Source of the DNA: Lingula anatina
Taxonomy: Eukaryota > Animalia > Brachiopoda
Assembly (NCBI GenBank): GCA_051362555.1
Contig: CM120642.1
Span: 10,540,001 to 10,604,000, forward strand
DNA: 64,000 bases
Reading direction: 5' to 3'
In this document: piece after piece, positions 12,430 to 23,630 of the stretch
Position numbering within the stretch: position 1 is the stretch's first letter
Layout: every line of letters starts with the position of its first letter
Notes under the pieces: generated by a model
Database searches by the model: none
Told to the model about the DNA's origin: nothing
Seen by the model: only the letters and a program-made list of their open reading frames with translations
Program-made: the position numbers and the translations under genes

Positions 12430-15400
12430 AATTAATCGTCCGCTAATGTTTCATTATTTCCATTAACGTCGTACTATTCGTAGTATGGATGACAAAATCG
12501 AAAAAATCTCTCCAGTGAAAGTCAACGCTGTGACCAGTGAGATTTTTATATCTGAGGATAAACTGAAAACGACAGTCTCGGTTCGCAGTTTTCTTTTCAT
12601 ATCTATGTATTCTACCGGGTTATGTATCGTTTGAGAATTTTTATGCCAACCGCGGACGGATATATAGGCCTATGGTACTTGGCGGTTTTTCAGATTCCAA
12701 TTTGTCCCCGCAAACAGACAATTCTTTCCAGTCTTACAAAGACGAACTTGCAGTTATGACTTTGTAAGTGTTTCTTGTCTACATAAAAATCGGACAACAT
12801 GATGCGACTCAGTGGTTTGGTAAACCCGTGTTTTAAATTTATTAAATTTCTTGCCCTCCAGTCCGCTGGGGCGCGGTGCCACAAAGTACCTATAATATTA
12901 ATATAATGTGATTAATTTATTCATTCGGTATTTTCACTACCTGACTGATGTACGAACATCTCCAACTGCCGTTAGCTAGTGACCTTCAGACCACGGCTCG
13001 ACAGCTGTTGAAGTAGCAAGATGGGAAATAAAAAATACATATTACAAGATAATGTCGGAATCACGACTTGGCATCTATCACGTCGTTTGATCACGCCATT
13101 TGTTATTTTGTGATAAGGTGAAATTAAACCAAAACTGTGAAACTGTTGATGTGCACCTGTTTCAATTACTTCTAGTCTACATATTTGATCAAATTTAATT
13201 TACAACACAGGGAAGACTATTCTCACTGAATCCCTCATCGGCGCTTACGATTTTGATGAAGAAATCCCCCCAGTAGGTAGGCCTTTTTTTTAAATCAGTG
13301 TTGTCTCGGACATTTGCAATTTCTGATAGGTGCATCTCCTTCAGTAAAATTAATATGTACGTAAAGGTAAGGTAGTTTTTTTTTCTCTATTTCTGGTTGA
13401 ATAATGAAAAAATTACCTTCTTGTAAGTTATTAAAATGTCTTATGCGCGATCGTTTTATATGGAAACGATCGATACAGCATACAGATTCTTACAATGCGT
13501 GCGCGGATTCGGCTATAAATGGTTATCTATTTCTTTCTTTTTATTATATGTAGTAGACGCCAGGCAAAATTGATAGCTAGCTAAGATGGTTAACTAGCAG
13601 CAACTCTGTAAACGGGTTAGTCGACAAAATTTAAATTTGTTTCTGCTTTACCAGGGGTGTAGGCCTATATTAACCATGTGCACTTTTTCGTAGAAGAGAT
13701 TTTTGTCATGGTCAGAGACAAATCTGTGAATGTCTAGAGAAAAATCAATATTTGATCCTGGTAGAAAGTAGGCCTATAAGGTTTGATAAGCAGTATGTCT
13801 CTCCATTGTTATTTAGAGGGAAGAAATCTCACTAGTGTGGGTAGTTTTAGAACATAAAAATAACAGTAGGCCCCTAGAAGTAGGCTTGGTTTTAGAACAT
13901 ACAAATAACAATAAAGCTTTTCCTTGGGTTAATAGTAAATATCTTTCACATACAAAACCAGAACCCAATGTCTTTTTTTTTTCATTTATAAAAATAGGTG
14001 AAAAAATCTTGATTCCCTCAAAATTATTTTCGCACAGTCGCATTCGTTATGATAAACCAACCTATGAATTTTTTAAAATTAAGGTAATTTTTTATTAAGT
14101 GCTCCTTATAGACGGATCTGACATTAATTTATAAGTATTTCACGAAAGAAAAAAACTAGAACATAGAATTATAGGCTTATATTTCTTAAAACAAATTATT
14201 TAATTTGGGTAGGGTAGTGGCGCGTTCAATCTCGTGAGGGGTGTCGGCCGGACGGGGATAAGTGGCGTGATCGATCTGGTGAGGAGTGTTGGCTGGATGT
14301 TATTGGCCAGAAACTCTGATATTAGTTAGTTACACTTAGAACGATCTTCATTCACTCACACGATACTCAGAAGATACACGCCGTTCTAGTTCTTCAATAG
14401 GAAGACGCAACTCCGTCAACCGTAGGAGTTAAAGTAAGCGTTTTTATTTTATTGATAAGTTAGTGATTTTTAAGGTTGTTTTAATGTTAAGTTATAAGAT
14501 TTAGTTCGTAAACATACCTTAAATTGCTGCCGCGACGATCTTTGATAGCGTTCAGTGTCATTTAACGATGCAAATTTACTTAGGGTGATTTCGTGTTTGT
14601 TTTCGTTTGCGCAATGTGTCACTACAATTTATCTGGCGTATTTCATTGTATAAACCCTCTGTAAAAGCTATATTCGATCGTAGAACGGCTATTTAGCTTA
14701 GCGCAAACTTAGGCCTACTGTATTAGCGACGTGATGCAAGTGATATCGTTTAGAGTTTAGGTGTCCGCAAACTTATTGTTGGTTCCCGTTTTCAGGTCAT
14801 TGCGAATCTGTAGCACGTTCTCAGTACTGCTTCGCACGTTTTAGCCGGTGACACCACTTCTTGTAAGAATTTATATTTGTTTATCTAGTACGGTAATTGC
14901 TGTTGAATTTAGTACAGATAGGCCTACATGTAGTATTGTGAAATGGTATTGCATTTAAGCTTTAGTACGAAAAACGTTCTTTAAAATTGCTCACTTTTAT
15001 TACCGTACCTACAGTTAAGTTTTATAGAGCATTCTTAATATCATCACGACTGTGTTACCGTAGTTAGCCTTCAGTTTTTAGACGAAATAGTTTTGTAAAG
15101 TTTACTTTGTTATTGTCTTTGTTTATTTTTTTCTTATTAAAGTTTACCGCTATTACATCTCAGCAAGACGTGTTGTGTTGTATGGTAGGCTGTCTGATGA
15201 CGATAGTCAACGGTCAGATAGGAAGCTGTTTTTCACACGTGTCGGGCCGTAGGCCTACGTGCTTACGTCAGCCTTACGCGAGCAGGTAACCTCATGTCAG
15301 ATTCAGCTGGCGGTTTTTCACACTTGTGGAGTTCGCTGCCGCGTTCCAGGCAATTCGATTATTGATAAAAATATATCAGGTTGCGACCAGCTGGCATGGT

Positions 15401-15520
15401 TTTTCACACCAGTAGTAGTACGTCAATATAGCTTTAAAACAAACAACTTGCAGCCTCAGCGCAGTTGTGGAGTATCTTGCAGTTGTCACCTGTTGGCAGA
15501 CAAGATTGCCACCTAGCGGA
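12430..15520 (+). promoter_or_regulatory. CpG-rich promoter/5' regulatory region of the recombinase-domain zinc-finger gene
   Basis: Marked rise in CpG relative to gene bodies. A 45-bp direct repeat at 14216/14261, reverse CCAAT (ATTGG) near 14303, TTAGTT initiator-like motif near 14325, splice donor GTAAGC at 14434, and several candidate first exons. Confidence 0.6.
12485..13276 (+). CDS. Tentative upstream coding exons (12485-12536, 13211-13276) of the recombinase-domain zinc-finger gene
   Basis: ATG 12485 gives MDDKIEKISPVKVNAVT and ends phase 1 at GTGAGA. 13211-13276 is a 66-nt phase 1-1 exon (KTILTESLIGAYDFDEEIPPV) with CAG/GTAGGC boundaries. Both join in frame to the phase-1 acceptor at 16222. 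Confidence 0.4.
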
Positions 15521-16232
15521 GAAAAGAGGCAAGCAAAATTATGTGTTGTAATGGAGTTATTGCATTTTAAATTGATTAACCTTTGTTTAATGTCAACTAA
15601 TGTTGTATAATTAAGGAGACAGCAAATGGACATTTGAAAAACCTTGACCAATCCGTCAAGTTCAGCAAGGTTGGTGAAACTGGAGTAGGTTTGACAGCGT
15701 GAACGGCTCTGAGCATTTGTTCACCTCTAGGGTCTACACATGATTATCTTTCTAGCTAGGTATATGAAAAACACATTTGGCTGCGTATTTGAGAACGGAG
15801 AAGCCATTTGAATTTTAGATCTAGCTCATTTAAATCAAAAATTTATTCAGTGTTACGTGACACCATGTTTGGACATGCAGGGGCTGGGGGGGCCGGGGGG
15901 GGGGGGGGGGCAAGAAACATCCGAATTGTTCTCGTCAGTGAGGCCATAGAAGCAGAGAAACTACTTCTATGGTGAAGCTTACCATTTTCAGGGTAATGTA
16001 CGCACAGACAGAAAATCATGTATTGTGGGAACGTTACTAATGAAGCCACTGGTAGTACTAGTAGATATCAGCCTGTAGTTTTGAACAAGCACCTCGTTGA
16101 CGAGTGAACATGCAGTTGTCAAAAACATAAGACCCAAGTGTGGTAGGTCGACTGCAGTAGATGACAACCATATTTACACACTGAGTGCCTCTTGATTTTT
16201 AAATTCTATTTTATTTGACAGAAGAAAAAAGA

Positions 16233-19200
16233 ATGTTGAAGAGTTTGCTGACCAGTGAATCCCAATACCCTGACATACATGTAGGAGTAACTGTAGTCAA
16301 AACAGGACATGAAGTCAGTTACAGCACAACAAAAAATACAAAGTGGGGAGTGAGACGATTCAGAGAGTGGGCCTCAGAGTATAATGATGAGATCACACGC
16401 CCAGATCTGGCCACGATAGAACCAGCACAGTTAAATATCCTGCTGAAAACCTTTTGGGAAAATGTCACAGGAAAAGATGCCCAAGATTTGAACCCATCAA
16501 CTTTGATCAGCATAAGGGCTGCTTTGTCTCGTCACCTCCATGATCTGAAGAGGAATATTGATATAATCAGAGATGTCGATTTTGTGTCATCCAATGCTGC
16601 ATTCACCGCTAGATGTAAACAGTATTACGTCAAAGTTGGACATGAAAAGTTGAAACAGAAGAGGCCTATTGGGAGGACTGATTTGGCCACACTGGCAGCC
16701 TATTTCAGGGATTTGTCAACTCCAAAACGTCTGCAGCAATATGTGTGGTTTAACGTATGTTACTTTTTTGGCAGCAAAGCTCGAGAGGAATTCAGAGCCA
16801 TGACAAAAAATACATTTATTGTGTGCCGAAATGACCAAGGTAAAAAATAGTTTTTATTTCATGACTTTAAAAGATTTTTGTTTTTTGTTTCTCTGCATTA
16901 TTTTCGGTACAAAGTATAGAATGGACAATTAAAGTTCAATAATATACAAAAATATCCACATATACAATCTTTTGTGATTTTCATAGGTCTGAAATATGCA
17001 TATTTTTTTCACAGCATTTGAGATGCAGAGTATAGAATAGATAAATTACATTACTGAATAATATAAGAAAGTATTCATATGATCATGATAACAACCTTTT
17101 GTGATTTTCATAGGTTTGAAATATGTAGCTTGCTGTAAGATGGAGGAGAAACAACCCCATAAAGGGGAATCCTCTTCACAGGACCAGGCCTACCCTTTAT
17201 TGAGAATGTACTCCACTGGTGGAGCTATGGACCCTGTGGAAGCTTTTGAGACCTATGTCTCCAGACTGAGTGCTGGTTGTGATAGCCTGTGGCAGGTGCC
17301 AAAGATCAGGCAGCATGAGCTAGTTGCTGCGCGACCATGGTACAAAATGGAAAGCATTGGGAAGAACGTTCTTTGTGAGTCACTAATTTGTTTAATTAAA
17401 CTAATATACGAGTCCTGTTATAATAAGGGTTATTTGTTAGTATCCTCCACCCCTCCAGAACATCTTATCATTATGTGAATTTGAAAAAAAAAGGAAAAAT
17501 GAGATTATTAATTTAATTGAAAGAAAAAACGAATATCTACATTTTAATAGTTTAGGGTAAATATTTGCCTTAGAAATTCCAATTAAATCACTTATTCCAG
17601 CTGCAATGATGACAAGGTTATCTGAAGATGCTGGTCTTGATGAAATATATACCACTCAGTGTGTACATGCCACAGCCATAGCAACCCTCTACAAAAATGG
17701 AATTGAGACTGATACCATTCGCTCGATGTCTCAGCTCAAAAATGAGAGCAGTGCTGAGCGAATTGTTGAAAGTTCTGCTAAAGATCTGGGTAGAGAGTGT
17801 AGCAGAATTCTGTCTGCATCTCTAGCAGGGACAGAAAAAGGTATACGTAAGTATTGGCTCATCCTGTTATAAATTAGTGTTAATGTTTATAATCTTCATG
17901 CAGTAAACAAATCTAGATTTGCAGGCTGTTGTTATTATGTGTTCATTAGTGAATGAAGTTCATCTATTAATCTATATGTAAAGTAAATGTTATAAATGAG
18001 TAGAGCTATACTGAATGCTCAGCTGTTTTGCATTTTGATACTATATGCTTTGAATTGTATTTGATTCTGAGATTTTTACATTCGCATCCTATGTGGCTCA
18101 AGAAAACCCATATATATATATATATATCTTTCTTTCTTTCAGGAGATCCACATACGTCCTCAGGCTCCCTCTCTCAGGCATCAGCAGACCATCTCCCTGA
18201 CCAACTGAACAATGCTGCTCTGGCTCTTGGACATGTTTCCAATTATCAGTCATTTCTTCAGGAGAATGATCATTCCATGTCTGAGGATGATTTTCCGGAG
18301 GAGGCCTTTGATAATGGTAGTCTGTTATGTTATTGATTTAATAATCAAAATTTTATGGGACTGTTTTGAAAACTTAGGATTTTTTGTCTGGATCCAAGAA
18401 TTTGGATTGTAACAGCATATCTTTTTAGATTAAAATATGGTTGAAATCTTTCTTTAAAATGTTACTGAATCAATGATGAAAAGTGATAGAAGGTATATCT
18501 AGTTGGGAAATGTCTATCTTAAAAACATGTAGAAAGTTTTGAAACTGACTTTGAATAATTTTTTATAAATGCGGAGGTTCTTTATTTTAATTAGAGTTTA
18601 TGTATATTTTTTTCAGACTCTTTTATTGAAGAAGATCCCCAAAATGATGGTGTATCTTCTTCGTTTATTGAATGGCTGCACGTGCAAGGCTTTACAGAGT
18701 CTACAGTCCATACCCTATTAGACAGCGGTTTTAAGACAAAAGAATCTCTAAATCTTTTGGATGAAGAATCTTTCAAAGAGCTTGGCATCTCCCTCCAACA
18801 AAGGCTTTTGCTGAAAAGTACAATCCAAAAGACTGTATCACAATATAAGTCATACAACAAGTTGCCCTCAAGCGGTAATGATGTTGTCAGTACGAGGACT
18901 ACTGAGGAAATGGAAGTGGTGTCATCAACACTACAGGGAACCAATGGTGTTGTCACCACAGGGGAAAATGTCTCTTTGAACACAGACCCTGGGCCGTACA
19001 AACAGCATGCTCTGCAAGGTTAGTTATGGGCAGTAGTTTTCAGACAGTGTGTGGATGTCTCATAAAAATAGTCACTGAATTTTGAGGGCCAAGGGTTGCT
19101 GTGACAATGTATCTGTCTTTAAAACTTGTTAAAATGGCTGGACGTTTGGACTGGCATGACTTTTTGATAGAAAAGAAGAATCTGGCATGTTTGTACTTTA

Positions 19201-21992
19201 AATTATTAGTTTTCAGAGGGGAGTATCAAAATAAATAATCAGTGAATATTGTTAATCTTGAGTTGTACAATGAACCATAATAACAGTCACTTATTCCCCC
19301 AAAAAATTATATATTATATTTCTATAATTTCAGTATTTCAGACACTTCTGAAAATGATACCTGACAGCAGAGAGGGATGTACTTCAAAGTCTCAAGAGAG
19401 CACTGTTGATTTGATGCACAGCATGAGGAGGTGGAAGGCTCTAAAAGATCAGTTAGCTCTGCACGGTCCAGATTCTGATGCTGCTCTGGCAGAGAAGCTG
19501 CTTGACTGTTGGTAAGTCCATATTACCTTCGTAAGACTTTTATGATTCTTATATTATTTTGTTATTTGTCATAGACTGATGAAATGTTAAATAAACAACT
19601 GGCAATACAGAAACAAATTATTCAATTATATTATTCTTATATTTTGTTTCATCTCATAAACTGGTGAAATGTTAACATGTATAGCAATACAGAAACAAGT
19701 TTTCAGTCCAAATGTTTTTTAAATAGCTGCACTCTAACCATTTTAAGGAGAGAGAACCATGCTGATGTTGGCAAAAAAGGCCAGGCTCCTGTAGAGTTGC
19801 CCCATTCACAGCACTTTACATCTGGTAACTAGTGTTTAAATGCATTGGTATGGTTGTGAATAAAATTCAGCAATTATGTTATGCTTTTTTTGCTTAAAAG
19901 AGAAAAATTACACATAATTGTTAAATTAACTTTTAGTAAAATGATGATTTAAGAGATGATTTAAATGTACGCACACTGGTATATGTCTCTACAAGTTACC
20001 GTCACCAGAGCGTGCTTGCACTGCGAAAGCAGGAGGTAAAGTTTCCTATGGACACAATTCTTACAATTCAGATCTTTAAAATATTGTAGTTGTTTTGATT
20101 TACTGTTTGATGTGGGACTTTCAGCTAGGTCAAGTTAGGAAATATTCAGTCACTTTTTTCTTTTCACAGGCACAGGCTTAAAGTCCCAGGAAAACGGCAC
20201 AAAATGTATCTCTCCGGAGAATCCCGATTTTGAACCACAAAGCAGTAGCAATGTAGATGAACAAGCAAGGGTCACATCACTGAATAAGGGAACTGACAAA
20301 CAAAAGGATGACTTGGGAAGATGTGTGAGCAAAGTGGAAGTGGGCAATTCAATGGATCAAGAGCCATCAACTCTTGTCAAAGGACAGGGGGATTTATGCA
20401 ATATAAATATCAAGCCAGACCCGGATGGAGACCAGATTGTAATAAACCACCAGCTTATTAGAATGCCATTTCCAAACCTGCAAACCTGTGATAGCATGGT
20501 GTCTGCTACAAATAGTAATAGTGTAAAGACAGATGGCACTAGTTGTTTGAAAGAGGATACCAATGCTCAGGGGGATGGAAAAGATAAGAAGTTCCGAGTG
20601 GATGTTGTTCAAGGTGCTTCTGATCCACAACCTGTGTTTTTAATCAAGAATGTTCACTCTCTTGCAACTTCCACACCAGGTTCTAATGCAGAGAAGAGTG
20701 CAGAAAAATCCAAAGTCACCATCAAAAATTCTTGCAAATGCCGGTATTGTGTCCAGGTATTCAGCGGAGAGGAGGATTGTCAAATCCATGAGAGAACTCT
20801 CTGTGACAAAAATCCTGAAAGGATGAAAAGTGACAGAAAAGCAGGACAGAATATCACTCGGAGTAATGAAAAGCTATTAAGTTGTCGATACTGCTTTAAG
20901 CAGTTTAGAGATCAAGCAATCCTGAAATCACACGAAAAAATTCACACAACCAGTTGCAAGACCTACAGGTGCCAGTACTGCCCTAAAACATTTACTACAA
21001 AGACCAGTTGTATTCTTCATGAGTTGATACATCCAGAAGCACCCAGAAAATATTATGCTTGCCGTTTTTGTCAGAAAAAGTTTGTTAATAGACTTAGTTG
21101 TAGAAAACACGAAAGACACCATTCCCCAGCCACTGTCCATCTGTGTCAATACTGCAACAAATCTTTTCATAAGAAAGAGGCTTACCTTCGCCATGAGAGA
21201 ACTCATACGGAGGAGCATCCATACAAGTGCACATTTTGTGATGAGAGATTTGCCAAGAAGTTTCTTTGTACAAGACACGAGAGCATTCATAAGAGTTTTC
21301 AGTGCAAATTTTGCTCAAGGACATTTCCAACTGTTTACACATATTCTGCGCACATGAAAAAACACAAGGTCTCTAAGCAACACCACCAGTCAGAAAATCC
21401 TGTATCCATACAGAGCGAGCAGAGCCCCAGCATGGATCAGGAGTCGATGATTTTTACACACAATCACTTAGATGACCATTTCAAATGCCAGTTCTGTGGT
21501 TTTATTTTCTACAGCAAGGAAAAACACGAATTACACGAGCTAGTAGTCCACAGAGGCAAAGAGCCGTTTAAATGTCAGTTTTGTGACAAGATGTTTGCAC
21601 AGAGGGAAAGCTATTTAGAGCATGAAATAATACACACAGGTGTTCAACCTTACAAATGTCGTTTCTGTGCAAGGGCATTTGGTGATGAACAAGACTGTAT
21701 CTTACATGAGCGAATACACCGTGTTGACAAGCCGTTTAAATGCAAGTACTGTGGAAAATCCTTTGTAGTGGAGGAACTGTGCACTAGACATGAGGCAACA
21801 CACCTGGCCAGCAAACATTACAAATGTCGGTACTGTAATCTTTTATTCACAGGAAAACAGTTCTGTCTCTCCCATGAGAGGTCTCACACAGGATTAAACC
21901 GTGTTGTTCACACCTGTTTATACTGTGACAAAACTTTCTCTGATAAAAAAGCTTGCAGAGCTCATCAGAGAACGCACGAAACGTGGCGATGA
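16233..21992 (+). CDS. Domesticated Crypton-like tyrosine recombinase (DUF3504-like, catalytically substituted) - SAM-like - 13x zinc-finger protein
   Basis: Exons 16222/16233-16839, 17114-17374, 17601-17840, 18143-18316, 18617-19018, 19334-19511, 19748-19824, 20170-21992 join in one open frame (3762 nt from ATG 16233, 1253 aa). DUF3504/CryptonA-like motifs: TKNTKWGVRRFREW, LNILLKTFW, STLISIRAALSRHL, IDIIRDVDFVSSN, TPKRLQQYVWFNVCYFFG, DPVEAFETYVSRL, PWYKMESIGKN, MMTRLSEDAGLDEIYT. SAM-like segment FIEWLHVQGF...FKELGISLQQRLLLK. The last exon has 12 C2H2 plus 1 C2HC finger. Confidence 0.88.
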
Positions 21993-22378
21993 AAGAATCT
22001 TTAGTGAAACGATCTCAAAAGGTATGAAGAATTTTCTGAAATGTGGCAGTGAATTACTCTGCTCTCATTGTTAGTTACTCCTAATTTTTCTTTTCTTTTA
22101 TGTTAACTCTTTTCTCTGTGAGGAGATTTAGACATACAAAAGTTATGTGGACATGTGCTGTATTGTCAACATAAATTCCAGTTCCAGTTCACTTACGTAA
22201 TTTCAAAGAGACAAAAGTGTCATTGGAGCTTTAGCCTCAAAGTATCTTTATTTTAGTTGTATTAACTTAAATATGCTGAAGTTGTAATTTAAAACTTTTT
22301 TTCTTTAGTTTCTTTTCAAGCTTATAAGATTCCATACTAAGTAAACTCTGATTTCTTCTTCAGACGTTACACAATTTA

Positions 22379-22615
22379 GGCTGCGATCACATGTAAAATC
22401 TATTTTCTTAAAATCTATTTGTGGCATCTTGTGATCACAGTCTATGCCCTGAATACCCCGCGGCGTAATTACTGGCAGCGCCGAGAATTATAGCTTTGGA
22501 AGTAACTGGCTCGCACTGCCCGTAATTACACCGTGGGGCATTCAGGGCACAGACCGTGATCACAAGATACCGCAAATAGATTTTTAGAAAATGGATTTTT
22601 CATGTGAACGGAGCC
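22379..22615. mobile_element. Palindromic MITE, PIF/Harbinger (Tourist-like), TTA TSD
   Basis: About 100-bp imperfect inverted arms (GGCTGCGATCACATGTAAAATCTATTTTC... versus ...GAAAATGGATTTTTCATGTGAACGGAGCC), with TTA at 22376-22378 and 22616-22618. Confidence 0.85.
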
Positions 22616-23347
22616 TTAAAGTATAATTTAAGGGGAAAATAGTTGACAGAGAGTGATTCTAAATAAAAAAAATTAAGAAAATACTGTTGAATTTCATCTT
22701 GACAAAAGATCATCTTGTTTAAAAGAAATACAAGAAAATTGTCCCAATGACTATTATCGTTTTTATTTACATAGGAGCACCATTAATCAATGAATTTTGA
22801 CTTAACATAATGTTACTTCTGAATAAAATATAAACACTAATTTTGAAATAGATGTTACATGTAATTCAAATATAATATGGTAACCATAAAAATTGAGTTC
22901 ATTAAAAATTGCACAAGTCAATATGTCTTGCACTTCAATAAATCCTTGTGGCCAGGATTAATTATACATTACATCATGGTCACCAAATTTAATAGCATTG
23001 ACAATATTATCATTGATATGGCATCAGAATGTTTGTGACTAGACAATGTGTATATGTAATGGAATGGAGACATTCATTTACATCAACAACTGGCAACAAA
23101 ACAAATGCAATGTAAAGGCATTACGTGTAATATGCAGTTAGATTGTAACATGAGGAATGCTTATAATAACAAAATCTGGAAGGCAATCAAAATTTGTTTT
23201 TGTTCTGAAAGCCATTCAAGTACCAAAAGAGCAATATATTCAGATTGCTGGCAGATTGAAAAAAACACTAGAATGGCATTCAAGCTACATGTATCTGGTG
23301 CTTCAGATTCCTCTGGTTTAAATTTATTTATGTTGACATGTGCATTG

Positions 23348-23350
<3 letters not shown>

Positions 23351-23398
<48 letters not shown>
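23351..23398. repeat. (TG)n(TA)n microsatellite in VSP 3' UTR region
   Basis: Directly visible. Confidence 0.9.
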
Positions 23399-23630
23399 CT
23401 CTGATATCAAATAAGTTGCAAAGTGGTACTCTGAATATAAGTAAGAGGTGATTAACAAAATCAAATATATACCATCTTAATAAACAATCATGAGAATTGA
23501 TCAGGATTTGATAAGGAAATGTGACTTCTGGCTGTCTCTTCAATGCTGGTGGGCACACAGAGTTTTTCAATCTCTAGTGGTTGTCATGGCAATGGACTTT
23601 TTTGGAATAATTAACAGTGTGCAAGCATCT

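Noticed and set aside
13068-13276. Resemblance of YFVIR+GKTILTES to a longin or Miro N-terminus
   Set aside because: The two pieces are not phase-compatible and no further exons exist; better explained as an upstream exon of the ZF gene.
16215-17872. Active Crypton transposon or horizontally acquired phage integrase
   Set aside because: Catalytic residues are substituted, no element termini are visible, and the exons splice in frame to SAM and ZF exons.
19973-20058. Possible H/ACA snoRNA or ribozyme (CTGC-GAAA-GCAG hairpin, ACA near the end)
   Set aside because: No convincing H box or two-hairpin structure; may be a repeat fragment.
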